IMG/VR virus record: IMGVR_UViG_3300008952_002242 | Location: 111,242-131,241 of that record | From: an uncultured virus (IMG/VR IMGVR_UViG_3300008952_002242) | Lineage: Duplodnaviria > Heunggongvirae > Uroviricota > Caudoviricetes | Strand: one strand, 5' to 3' | Length of the DNA stretch: 20,000 nucleotides | In this document: piece after piece, positions 8,542 to 17,596 of the stretch | How the letters are laid out: each line of letters starts with the position of its first letter | Position numbering within the stretch: position 1 is the stretch's first letter | Translations under genes and position numbers: made by a program | Notes under the pieces: model-generated | What the model saw: the letters and a program-made list of their open reading frames with translations, nothing else | Database searches by the model: none | What the model was told of the DNA's origin: nothing

Positions 8542-10803
8542 TTACTCTGGAAATTCTGCACCAGTTGGTTGTACAACGAAATCCAGCACAATAAACTCAG
8601 CAGTTTTTGTTGGTTGTAAGAATATCTGCCCAATCAACATATTTCTATCAATAGTATCTGGTGTATTATTTGTATCGTCCATAATAACTCTGAAAGCATT
8701 TAATCCACTATTTGCCTGTACTTGTTCCATATACGGATTAACAACATTCAAAAATTGATTCCTTAAATCTGTTGTATTTTGTTCAAATACCAATGATTTT
8801 GAAGATCTAGCAACAAATTTCTTAACATCAATCAATAATCTACGAACATTTACTCGATCCAAAGCACTTGCTTTCTTCTGTGTTGTCTTTTGTCCAAAAG
8901 CCGTAACACCTTGTCCTGGAAATGTAGCAATCGGATTCATATTTGAGTCATACAAGTCATCTCGTTGACTTTGACTTAATTTCTTATATGCCTGAACTGC
9001 ACTATCAATACCACCTCTATTCAATCCAGCAGGAGCGAACCAAGGTTGTCCAATCACATCATTAAAATGATAAACACCAGCCATAACAACTGAAGGCGGA
9101 ACATATCGATAAACACCTAAAGATGCATCTTGAATCTGTACCCAAGGAAAGTATGTAGCAGCGTAACTTGAATTACGAGCCTCTGTATTTGTTTTAGCAG
9201 TAGCTACAGTAGATGTTTTTGAAGTGTTGTCATAAACTAAGAAACAATCACCTCTATCTTCACAAAGTTGAATAGCATCACCTATAATTCCATTATGATG
9301 AGCACCCAATTGATCGATTATTCCAGGTAAAAATAATAAATTAAAATCATACTGATCTTTATTTTTCAATAAACTAATAGCAGCACCATATCCACCACCA
9401 ACAGAAGCACCAGATGGTTTAACAGCTGAATCAACCATCTTCACACCTTGTACATTAGTATTAGTTATATTATCATAAAATTTAAATGGATGTTCTATAG
9501 AATCTCCAAAATCACCAGCAGTTTGTTTAGTACCACCTTTTACATCACCAAAAGCACCATCATAACTTCCACTTCCCAATGCCGGAAGAAAACTACTTGG
9601 ATTATCTGAATATTCTTGTGTTATATTTCCAGCATTATCTAAATAATTTGGTGTTTTTACATTAAGAGCTTTAACTCTAACATACTTAGATTTATTTGGA
9701 AATTCAGAATCAGCCTCATCTCTAAGATAAACCACACCATCTTCAGCATAAAGTTCTTCTTTATAATTACCAATTCTTTTTAAAATGTAATCTGGACTTT
9801 CATTATCAAGTGACAAATTAGTATATGTTTCAATTACTTGTTTAGAATTGTGAGAATCATTACCTGCACGAATTAATAATGTAAATGTACCTTTATTTGT
9901 ATTTCTTTGAGATATTTCCCAACGATAATTAGTAGCTCTTCCACCAAAACTTCCGGAAGTCCAATGATCGTTTGTAGCAGCAGAACTCGTCAATTGTGTT
10001 AAAATATTATTTGTAGCACCAATAGAACCAGTATTATTAAATGCAGGACCATCACCCAAAGCCTCTAAGGTGAAGAATGAAGTATCAGTTCCAGCAACAC
10101 CAGTTACACCAGCAGTTGCAGTTCCAATCGTTGTGTTATGTGTACCAGTACCTGCTATTACTATATCATTACCAGTAGTAGCAGCATCAGCTTCTACTGT
10201 AATTACACCACCATCATTAGTTGCAGTCATATCACTTATACTATTTACTAATCCAGTTATATGTTCAGCAATAGATTCAGCGAAATTCTCATCAAGAAAA
10301 TTATCAACATAAACATCAGCTTCATTACCGGTAAATGTTAACTCATTTGTTCCCGCACCATCTATAAATTTTATTCCTTGTGCTGTAGCGCCACCAACTT
10401 TAAATGTAACTGTGGAAGTGGTAACAGGATGAGTAGCACTAAAGGTAATAGTATTTGACGATTTTACTGCAGTAACACCACCCGTTACGGCCCCACCAAC
10501 AACAGCAGTTGCTCTATTTGTATTTGGTTTACTTACCCTAACTATTGTACAGGGTCCACCCTGTTTTAAATATTCTTTAGCAGTATGTGATGTTAAATAC
10601 TGATAAGAATCAGACCCACTTATTATAGCCTCTCCAAAAGTCTGAACATATTCCGAATATGAACTAACTACGGTAGGTGTTAATACCGGCCCCTTTACAG
10701 TTGGACCAACAATAGCCGCCCCAATAGGACCAAGCGCTGCGGGTAAAAAACTCTGGTCTATCTCATTAGTATAAACACCAGGACTTACAATTTTTTCAGC
10801 CAT
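8542..10803 (-). CDS. Contractile tail sheath protein (gp18-like)
   Basis: N-terminal SPGVYTNEIDQS...AAIVGPTVKGP; C-terminal PPSVVMAG...WFAPAGLNRG...NPI...GQKT...ALDRVNVRRLL...FEQN...PTKTAEFI, all classic sheath motifs. Confidence 0.95.
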   Translation of the reverse strand: MAEKIVSPGVYTNEIDQSFLPAALGPIGAAIVGPTVKGPVLTPTVVSSYSEYVQTFGEAIISGSDSYQYLTSHTAKEYLKQGGPCTIVRVSKPNTNRATAVVGGAVTGGVTAVKSSNTITFSATHPVTTSTVTFKVGGATAQGIKFIDGAGTNELTFTGNEADVYVDNFLDENFAESIAEHITGLVNSISDMTATNDGGVITVEADAATTGNDIVIAGTGTHNTTIGTATAGVTGVAGTDTSFFTLEALGDGPAFNNTGSIGATNNILTQLTSSAATNDHWTSGSFGGRATNYRWEISQRNTNKGTFTLLIRAGNDSHNSKQVIETYTNLSLDNESPDYILKRIGNYKEELYAEDGVVYLRDEADSEFPNKSKYVRVKALNVKTPNYLDNAGNITQEYSDNPSSFLPALGSGSYDGAFGDVKGGTKQTAGDFGDSIEHPFKFYDNITNTNVQGVKMVDSAVKPSGASVGGGYGAAISLLKNKDQYDFNLLFLPGIIDQLGAHHNGIIGDAIQLCEDRGDCFLVYDNTSKTSTVATAKTNTEARNSSYAATYFPWVQIQDASLGVYRYVPPSVVMAGVYHFNDVIGQPWFAPAGLNRGGIDSAVQAYKKLSQSQRDDLYDSNMNPIATFPGQGVTAFGQKTTQKKASALDRVNVRRLLIDVKKFVARSSKSLVFEQNTTDLRNQFLNVVNPYMEQVQANSGLNAFRVIMDDTNNTPDTIDRNMLIGQIFLQPTKTAEFIVLDFVVQPTGAEFPE

Positions 10804-10844
10804 TTATTATCTCCAAAGGTGATTTTGTACATTTTAATTCATAT

Positions 10845-10852
10845 ATAAATAT
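10845..10852 (-). promoter_or_regulatory. Putative late promoter motif ATATTTAT upstream of tail sheath
   Basis: Recurrent 8-mer in the intergenic gap, 41 nt before the ATG; GGAGA SD at 10810-10814. Confidence 0.6.
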
Positions 10853-10882
10853 AAATCTAAAATTGAAAGACAATCTATGTGT

Positions 10883-11158
10883 TTATTTTTTTGCTTCTTC
10901 TGGCGAATCAACTGGAGTAAATGTACCAGTTGAAGGATCTAATTGACCAGGACCATACTTTTCAGTAATATCATTAAGTACCGTCTGTTCACTTTCACGA
11001 ACTTTAGCCAATTCATCCATCAAATCCTGTTCTTGTTTTTCAATATTAAGTTGTGTTATTTTCATTTGTCCAAAAAGATTTGTTATCCTTAAATATTCTT
11101 GTTGTAAAGATTGAACTTTTTCTAAATCTTCTTGTTTAAATTTTACTTCTTTTGCCAT
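10883..11158 (-). CDS. Hypothetical coiled-coil protein (91 aa)
   Basis: GAGG SD; predicted coiled coil followed by KYGPGQLDPSTGTFTP; co-oriented with the operon. Confidence 0.75.
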   Translation of the reverse strand: MAKEVKFKQEDLEKVQSLQQEYLRITNLFGQMKITQLNIEKQEQDLMDELAKVRESEQTVLNDITEKYGPGQLDPSTGTFTPVDSPEEAKK

Positions 11159-11195
11159 TTTATAACCTCATGTTTAGTTGTATATACATATATAA

Positions 11196-12038
11196 TTATA
11201 ATATTTTTTCCGAAAACGATACTTTTTTTGATGAATATTTTCTCACCATTTCTGATGTTTTACCAAATACATTATCAGTAAACTCTGGTATCATATATCC
11301 TTTAATTTCGATACTTAATTCATTTCTTATCATTCTTTCACCAGCATCTTCCATTTGTTCTTCATTCGATATATCGCCTGATAATGCTGATAAAAACCTA
11401 TAGCTTGTTGGATCACCCCAATATGTTTCTAAATGTTCAATCCATATTGTATTTAAATCATTCATTTGTTCCATATAAGATGTCATCATTACTATATTAT
11501 AAGTACATAATACAAAATCTGGCATACCTGTTTTTACAAATTCTTCAACTGGATTCTGACCAGTCAATACTGAAAATCTATCATAACGGTTATTTTTACT
11601 CCAACCATTACTTGCCCTAACAACACTTATAAATTTACCTTTCACATCCATATCAAACGATAAAGGCATATCAGGATTCATAGTAAGTGAAGTCCTTTTA
11701 ACCACCATCACAGGTAACATTACTGCACCATTTCTATCTCTAAGAGAAGTATTGTTTCTTATAGATTTCCACCTTTCTTCATTTCCCCATAATACAGGAA
11801 CTTTAACTCTCTCGTTAGCCTCTATAACAGTAGGTTTCATTATATTTCTTATATGACTTAATACAGCTGTATCAATATCCTTTAATCCTATTGCAAAACC
11901 CTTACCTGCATCTTTTCCGCCTGGTTTTTTAATAACAACTTTAGCATTACCTTTATCACTACGAATACTCGTTTGTTCGGCTCGATTAATTGTCGATTCG
12001 TTTACTGTATTTGTATTAGTTACGGGTTTAATTGCCAT
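11196..12038 (-). CDS. Tail terminator / sheath stabilizer (T4 gp15-like)
   Basis: KVPVLWGNEERW...LPVMVVKRTSL...PDFVLCTYNIVMMT...QMNDL...IKGYM resembles gp15 (VP..YG..K, LP..S); lies between neck and sheath. Confidence 0.65.
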   Translation of the reverse strand: MAIKPVTNTNTVNESTINRAEQTSIRSDKGNAKVVIKKPGGKDAGKGFAIGLKDIDTAVLSHIRNIMKPTVIEANERVKVPVLWGNEERWKSIRNNTSLRDRNGAVMLPVMVVKRTSLTMNPDMPLSFDMDVKGKFISVVRASNGWSKNNRYDRFSVLTGQNPVEEFVKTGMPDFVLCTYNIVMMTSYMEQMNDLNTIWIEHLETYWGDPTSYRFLSALSGDISNEEQMEDAGERMIRNELSIEIKGYMIPEFTDNVFGKTSEMVRKYSSKKVSFSEKIL

Positions 12039-12471
12039 TTCTTAACTTTCTCAATTTATCTAACTTATTATCAATTGTATTATCAAACTCTTCAGATTCC
12101 AATGCATCAGTAGAAACTTTATTTATAGCTATCTGTTTTTTTACATCCACATCAACTACTTCTAACTCACCATTACTCTCTATAGAATTATTTGATTCAT
12201 CATAAATATTTTTTGTTTTTAATAGATCAAGTATTTCATCCATCTTACCGTCCATTTTACTGGCACTATCATCGATTGGTGGTGTACCAACCTTTTGATT
12301 TAATTGATGTGGTTGTAATGAACCTTGACCAAGAACAATCTCCCCAGTTTCTTCATTAACCCATAATTCTTTTTCTATTTTTTCAATTGCCATTTTCACT
12401 AATGGATGTTCGTAATCATCCCTTACAAGACTTTTCGGTTCTTGCTTACCATCTTTTCCTAACTGATACAT
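12028..12471 (-). CDS. Hypothetical protein with C-terminal motif shared with 18623..18946 product
   Basis: 147-aa ORF packed between gp14-like and gp15-like genes, overlapping the latter by 11 nt. Confidence 0.75.
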   Translation of the reverse strand: MYQLGKDGKQEPKSLVRDDYEHPLVKMAIEKIEKELWVNEETGEIVLGQGSLQPHQLNQKVGTPPIDDSASKMDGKMDEILDLLKTKNIYDESNNSIESNGELEVVDVDVKKQIAINKVSTDALESEEFDNTIDNKLDKLRKLRNGN

Positions 12472-12480
12472 ATACCATTC

Positions 12481-12957
12481 TTATTTTGTTCGTTGTTCAA
12501 TTTGTAAATTTGACATCCTACTACGATGAGCAGTTGCTTTTATCGTATGATTAAAATTTGGATGTCCTCCAATTAATTGTGGTTCAGTCACTCCATTCAA
12601 TTCCCAATAAGTATCATTCCAATCACATATATCACCAGCTTCAGGATAAAAATTCAAACTACCACTCGCTAAATTATTTCTCTGTAACATCAAATCAATC
12701 GATGAATTCACATCTGGCCCCACTTCATTAAATTGACCAACTTCTGGTGGATTAAATCTAATCAAACAATTAACTCTAAAACCAACATTATAATACTTTA
12801 TAGTGGATTCTCCATAAATATTTTCATCAGTATGTTCAACATTTACTTTATATATATCAACACTTTGTCCAACCATTTCATCAATCAACTCTTCATTTAA
12901 ATGATCGATTAAATTTATTTCTTTTTGTGTTATAAAAAATGGTCTTGTTAAAGCCAT
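12481..12957 (-). CDS. Neck / head completion protein (T4 gp14-like)
   Basis: ELIDEMVGQSVDIY...ENIYGE...F...FYPEAGDI...YWELNGV resembles gp14 (D..YGE, P..GD.I); follows the gp13-like gene. Confidence 0.7.
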   Translation of the reverse strand: MALTRPFFITQKEINLIDHLNEELIDEMVGQSVDIYKVNVEHTDENIYGESTIKYYNVGFRVNCLIRFNPPEVGQFNEVGPDVNSSIDLMLQRNNLASGSLNFYPEAGDICDWNDTYWELNGVTEPQLIGGHPNFNHTIKATAHRSRMSNLQIEQRTK

Positions 12958-12961
12958 CTGT

Positions 12962-14143
12962 TTATCCTATATAAATTGGTAATGGTACTTTTGCCAATAC
13001 TTCTTGTTGAGCATTTGCTTCTTCTGCCTCATTTCTAAATTTCTCAGTTAAAGATACAGATTCTAAAAATTCTTTTATTTCTTCTAACAATTGTGTTTTT
13101 TCTTCACGACCTTCTGCTTTCAACCCCTCACCATCAAGAGTAACTTCAGCATCTGGTATAGGCATAGCACTATACTTACTTCGTATAATACCCAATAATT
13201 CTTTTGCTAGAGCAGCAGTAAACTTCCTAATCCATTGACGACCTGGCGCATTTATTTCATTATAAGTTATAAATTTATACGGAACATTTGAAGGATCTGA
13301 TACCCCACCTTGCATTCCTCCACTTGAACGGTTTGTATTCTTTATATCATCTTTAACATAATATTCAAACCATAGTTTATTTCCTGTATCACCTGATTGT
13401 GGTCTTGGAAAAATTCTTAAGTTATTATTATGTAATTCAAAACTATAAGCACTTTTTCTAATCAAATCCGATGTTTCTATTTGATTTGCTCTAACTATAT
13501 CTTGCGATATTGGTCTTAAAATAAATGATATTGCAGGCGATACATTTCCAAAACCAAAGGAATCTAACATAGTTCTTTGATCAAAAGATCCAGCATATGG
13601 ATCATAAAATCTAGTTATAGCAGCAGGTCTATCATTAAATACTCTTTGTACTTCTATTCGTTTATAACTTTCACTCACATCAGCCCAAACTTCTTGTAAA
13701 TCATAATCTTGAACCGAACCACTTAAAGTAATATATCCTCTTTTCAATTCCACATTACCACCAACATTAGCCAATGTTCCATATTTTTCTGATAATTGTA
13801 CTGATGGACCAGTTGAAGGTGTTACAGGATTAGCAGAACCAGTACTCATAGAACCAGATATTCTATTTTTCTCTCCATATTGATTCCACATCCAATTTCT
13901 AATATTGTAATTATTAATATGTTGAGAATATTCACTTATTGATTCTTCAAAACAAGCATAAATTGAACTTGATGGAATTTCTAATTGTAAAACAGGATAT
14001 CCCAATCTACGAGCAACCCATTTAGTTACCGATACAATATCTGAACGAAAAGTTATGTCAGCATCATATGTACCATATGGTGTTTGATTAGATCCATCTT
14101 CATAAGTAGTAGGATCAGTATAAGCATAATCTAATTTTGGCAT
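12962..14143 (-). CDS. Neck protein (T4 gp13-like adaptor)
   Basis: ARRLGYPVLQLEI near the N-terminus and WIRKFTAALAKELLGIIRSKY...VTLDGEGLKAEGREEK...PIYIG at the C-terminus are gp13-family hallmarks; AGGAGA SD. Confidence 0.85.
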   Translation of the reverse strand: MPKLDYAYTDPTTYEDGSNQTPYGTYDADITFRSDIVSVTKWVARRLGYPVLQLEIPSSSIYACFEESISEYSQHINNYNIRNWMWNQYGEKNRISGSMSTGSANPVTPSTGPSVQLSEKYGTLANVGGNVELKRGYITLSGSVQDYDLQEVWADVSESYKRIEVQRVFNDRPAAITRFYDPYAGSFDQRTMLDSFGFGNVSPAISFILRPISQDIVRANQIETSDLIRKSAYSFELHNNNLRIFPRPQSGDTGNKLWFEYYVKDDIKNTNRSSGGMQGGVSDPSNVPYKFITYNEINAPGRQWIRKFTAALAKELLGIIRSKYSAMPIPDAEVTLDGEGLKAEGREEKTQLLEEIKEFLESVSLTEKFRNEAEEANAQQEVLAKVPLPIYIG

Positions 14144-14161
14144 TTACATTTTCTCCTACCT

Positions 14162-14169
14162 ATAAATAT
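14162..14169 (-). promoter_or_regulatory. Putative late promoter motif ATATTTAT upstream of neck operon
   Basis: Recurrent 8-mer just downstream of the capsid terminator and 18 nt before the gp13-like ATG. Confidence 0.65.
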
Positions 14170-14178
14170 TAAGATAAT

Positions 14179-14215
14179 AAAAACAAAAAAGGGGAAACCT
14201 AAGCTTCCCCTTTTT
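14179..14215 (-). terminator. Rho-independent terminator after major capsid gene
   Basis: Minus strand GGGGAAGC-TTAG-GTTTCCCC hairpin (14191-14210) followed by TTTTTTGTTTTT; A-run on the other side makes it potentially bidirectional. Confidence 0.9.
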
Positions 14216-14242
14216 CAGGTTATTTAGAGTTTAAACTCTAGA

Positions 14243-15862
14243 TTAAAGCGTATCTAAACCAGAACACTTAATCAAAGCATAAAACTCAGGACGAATCATC
14301 TTCTTAGCATAACGCGTCATCACACCTTTACGTGGAGTAAAATCGGAAGGATCATACACCAACGGAGTTGTGATAAGCGGTACATAAGGACTGTAGACAG
14401 CACCTGTTTCTAAGAAATTACTTCCACGGAATCCAACCAAGATTTGGTTTTCAGTCATGTAAGGGTTCTTATAAACTGTGAATCTTCCAGCGGCTTGACC
14501 GACTTTAGAAATACCCATTGAAAACTGCTTAGCAGCGGCATCACCATCACCAGGTTGCGACATATATCCAGGAAGTGATTCAAGGATTGTGGCAACTTTA
14601 GGTGAAACAACAACAAAGTTAGCACCACCACGAAGTGTCAAACGATGAATTTCGTTTGATACTTTTTGGATTTTAGCAACAAGTGTTTGATACCATTCGA
14701 AGCGAGTACCATAAAAAGTACCATCTACGAAACCTTCAGTTGCAGCATCATAGTCCTGTCCAACTTTAGCATTCCAGTAATCGACAGTTACAGCATCATT
14801 AACAAGCATATCAAGGATTTCCAAATCGATTTCCATCGAAATGTAATCACTCAACATAGATGTCAATTCAGCTTCAGCATCGATTGAATGGTATGCGTTA
14901 AGGTCTTGAGCCAATTCAGGCGACCATACAGCTTTCAGCTTTCTGGTTTTAGCAACAATCGGTAAAGACCGAAGTTCCAAATTGACTTCAGGAATATTCA
15001 ACGTATCTGATGTAGCATCACCCGCACGATCTTCAAAATCACCACGAGTTGCTTGATCAGGTTGTTTTGGATATTCAACATCCCAAGCACCATCAGCATC
15101 AGCAGAATCTGAAGCAGATACTATCATCTGTAGTTTTCCATTAGGCAGAATCTTATTAAATTGTGGCATATTCACAGCATTATTAGCACCACCAGTAATA
15201 CCCCAAGCTCTTACAGCTGCAGTATCTGGTCGTACTAAAGTAGTGATAGCAACATCTACTGTCCAAAGTTGAGTTGTACCAAGACTACTAGCAGACAACT
15301 CTGAATCAAAATCAACATCTTTAAAAGATGCTGTTGCAAGATTTGAGAATGTTAGCTCTGCAACTGATGCACTACCATCAGAATAGCCATATTTTCCTAC
15401 ACCATAGAATCCACCTTCTCCATAAGGACCGGATGACCCAGATGGTGAATTAGGACCAGTTTTACCATGAATGGCATCACCCTCAGTTCTTCCACCTACC
15501 GCAGTTCCATATTTGAAATCAAGGTAGAATACAAGACCGGAAGGTAAGTTCATCGGTTGTACAGAAACTAATTCCTGTGCAACGATGTTACCAAATACTC
15601 GTCTTACCAAAGGTAGTGCAACACCGGACCATTCTTCATCACCCACACCTGCACCGGCGTTAGGGGATGTCATAGAATTCTCAGAAATCAACTGACGTGC
15701 CTGGTTTTCTAGCAATACTGCCATACCAGAGCGTTGCCACTCATTATCCATTCCTTCTAATAGTCCAGATTTTTCCCATTTGACCACGAGTTTTGAGGCC
15801 TCTTCCTTTTGCTTCTTTATAGGGGAAGCATCAAGAAGAGATTCGTTTACATAATTACTCAT
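14243..15862 (-). CDS. Major capsid protein (T4 gp23 superfamily)
   Basis: LLENQ, LPLVRR, VQPMNLPSGLVF, AKTRKLKAVWSPELAQDLNAYHSIDAEAEL...EIDLEI, TLRGGANFVVVSP, YSPYVPL, DPSDFTPRKGVMTRY are gp23 motifs; GGAGA SD. Confidence 0.97.
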   Translation of the reverse strand: MSNYVNESLLDASPIKKQKEEASKLVVKWEKSGLLEGMDNEWQRSGMAVLLENQARQLISENSMTSPNAGAGVGDEEWSGVALPLVRRVFGNIVAQELVSVQPMNLPSGLVFYLDFKYGTAVGGRTEGDAIHGKTGPNSPSGSSGPYGEGGFYGVGKYGYSDGSASVAELTFSNLATASFKDVDFDSELSASSLGTTQLWTVDVAITTLVRPDTAAVRAWGITGGANNAVNMPQFNKILPNGKLQMIVSASDSADADGAWDVEYPKQPDQATRGDFEDRAGDATSDTLNIPEVNLELRSLPIVAKTRKLKAVWSPELAQDLNAYHSIDAEAELTSMLSDYISMEIDLEILDMLVNDAVTVDYWNAKVGQDYDAATEGFVDGTFYGTRFEWYQTLVAKIQKVSNEIHRLTLRGGANFVVVSPKVATILESLPGYMSQPGDGDAAAKQFSMGISKVGQAAGRFTVYKNPYMTENQILVGFRGSNFLETGAVYSPYVPLITTPLVYDPSDFTPRKGVMTRYAKKMIRPEFYALIKCSGLDTL

Positions 15863-15883
15863 TTTCGTTCTCCAAATTAATTA

Positions 15884-16960
15884 TTAATCTTTCAGAATAC
15901 CAGCTAATTTCTTAAACCTAGATGCAACTTCACTTTCTTCTGTGATAATTTTCCTAGAAGTAGGTTTAGTTGAACCAGTTTTACGACTAGCTGCTTCTTG
16001 AACACTATGATTTTTAACTTCAACCATTTCATTCTTCATAGACTCTGCAAGTGTTGACCAAACTAACTTAATTTCACGAGTTGTTTGAGCTCTATCAAAG
16101 GTTTCAACAACTTTAAGTTTCTGTTCATTCGTCAATGCATATTCTTTAAACAATTTATTAGTGTAAAGTAATTTAGCGTTCAAAATATTCACTTCATGAA
16201 GCTTATCACGCAAAAATGTGACAGCTTCCTTATACTCTTTAAGCTCTGATTGCAAATAGTCAATCTGTTCGTGTACTTGTCCTTTACCAGGATCTTCTTC
16301 ATCAGAAGCGGAAGCGGATGTAACTTGATTGTCACCTTTTCCGATACCAGATGAACTAGATTGTTCTTTAACAGATTCGTCTTTTTCTTCTTCATCATCA
16401 TCAGCATCATCTGCTTCAGATACCACTTCTTCATCTTTTTCGTCATCTGCTTCAGTTACTTCTTTTTCTTCATCATCATTTTCCGACTCAGCAATTTCCT
16501 GTTCAAGTTCTTTAATTACAGCTTCTAAATCAAGTTCTTCACCTTCATCAGTATTTTCATACTCTTCAGTAAATTCATCTTCTTCAGAAACTACGGGAGC
16601 GTACTTAATGCCATTAATTTCAATGACACCTTCTTCTTCAAACTCTTCTTCACCTTCTTCATCACCCATAGCCATCTCTGGTTCAGGTTCACCCATTTCT
16701 TCATCATCTTCTTCACGATATGAATGAGTGCGTGCCATTTCTTCGGCATCTACAGCATCCATTTCTTCTTCATCACCCATTTCTTCTTCATCACCCATAG
16801 GATCTTCTTCATATTCTTCATCATCTTCAGCCAACTTGGCGGACAACATAGATTTGAGTTGTGGAGCGAAAGCTTCTTGAAGAGCTATTTTAGCATTTTC
16901 TAACGCCGTTTCACGAACTGCTTTTGCATCAGCAATAGCTTCTTTTAGTAAATCAGACAT
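15884..16960 (-). CDS. Prohead core / scaffolding protein
   Basis: Directly upstream of the capsid gene; very acidic low-complexity middle, coiled-coil ends, C-terminal RFKKLAGI; GGAGA SD. Confidence 0.8.
   Translation of the reverse strand: MSDLLKEAIADAKAVRETALENAKIALQEAFAPQLKSMLSAKLAEDDEEYEEDPMGDEEEMGDEEEMDAVDAEEMARTHSYREEDDEEMGEPEPEMAMGDEEGEEEFEEEGVIEINGIKYAPVVSEEDEFTEEYENTDEGEELDLEAVIKELEQEIAESENDDEEKEVTEADDEKDEEVVSEADDADDDEEEKDESVKEQSSSSGIGKGDNQVTSASASDEEDPGKGQVHEQIDYLQSELKEYKEAVTFLRDKLHEVNILNAKLLYTNKLFKEYALTNEQKLKVVETFDRAQTTREIKLVWSTLAESMKNEMVEVKNHSVQEAASRKTGSTKPTSRKIITEESEVASRFKKLAGILKD
16760..16798. repeat. 18-bp tandem repeat (two copies plus 3 nt) encoding MGDEEE-MGDEEE-M in the scaffold
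   Basis: catttcttcttcatcacc twice, then cat. Confidence 0.85.
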
Positions 16961-17067
16961 ATTTTGTCTCCATATATTTTTTTATATTGGAATAAAGTTA
17001 TTTGAAACTTTAATAGAGGTTTCTATTTTAGACACCTTAAAAAATACCAAGGTGTATTGAGGTACTA

Positions 17068-17075
17068 ATAAATAT
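17068..17075 (-). promoter_or_regulatory. Putative late promoter motif ATATTTAT for the scaffold-capsid transcript
   Basis: Recurrent 8-mer just after the bS21 stop, followed by a ~107-nt leader with inverted repeats. Confidence 0.6.
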
Positions 17076-17083
17076 AAATTAAT

Positions 17084-17326
17084 TTAAAAAACATTATTAT
17101 TTGATAAATTTAAATGCTTTTTTCTTAAAACTAAACTTTTCTTTTTTCTTCGTTTTATTACAGATGGTTTTTCATAAAAACTTCTTTCGTTAATCTCTTG
17201 CATCAATCCAGATATTTTTACATTCTTTTTAAATCTTCTTATCATAGATTCAACCTGTTCACCATCTCGTGCAGTTACATATAATCTACAATTTTTTATT
17301 TTTTTACTTTCTTTGTCTTCTATCAC
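17084..17326 (-). CDS. rpsU: Phage-encoded 30S ribosomal protein bS21
   Basis: VTARDGEQVESMIRRFKKNVKISGLMQEINERSFYEKPSVIKRRKK matches the S21 pattern (E.ALRRFK....GI..E.R.R..YEKPS..R..K). GTG start abuts the upstream TAA. Confidence 0.9.
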   Translation of the reverse strand: MIEDKESKKIKNCRLYVTARDGEQVESMIRRFKKNVKISGLMQEINERSFYEKPSVIKRRKKKSLVLRKKHLNLSNNNVF

Positions 17327-17596
17327 TTAAAAAAAATCTTTATACTTTATATTTTCTGTTGCAATTAATTTATCACTTATCTTTTGTTTGATAAATCTAT
17401 CTGCTAAACCTTTTTCTTTAGAATATTTAGCATGTTCCCATTTCTTTTGTAATGAAACAGGTAAATCTGTCTCATTTAAACCATTATTTACAAATGAAGC
17501 AATTCTTCTAGAATCAACAATAGGTATTTTTCTATAGCGAAATTCTTCCAAACTTTTTAACCACTTTTGTATTTCATTCACCGTTACTTTCTTCAT
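17327..17596 (-). CDS. Hypothetical basic protein (89 aa)
   Basis: Overlaps the actin-like gene end by 23 nt, GAGG SD, abuts the bS21 start. Confidence 0.7.
   Translation of the reverse strand: MKKVTVNEIQKWLKSLEEFRYRKIPIVDSRRIASFVNNGLNETDLPVSLQKKWEHAKYSKEKGLADRFIKQKISDKLIATENIKYKDFF

Noticed and set aside
1..12038. Extracellular contractile injection system or tailocin
   Set aside because: The tail genes are contiguous with neck, major capsid and scaffold genes, so this is a complete phage virion cluster.
4326..16727. Plus-strand ORFs in the track (4326, 4632, 5058, 5790, 10070, 11152, 11384, 14666, 16329)
   Set aside because: All lie antisense to well-supported minus-strand genes, have biased shadow-ORF composition (e.g. 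poly-Ser opposite the Glu/Asp-rich scaffold) and show no recognisable motifs.
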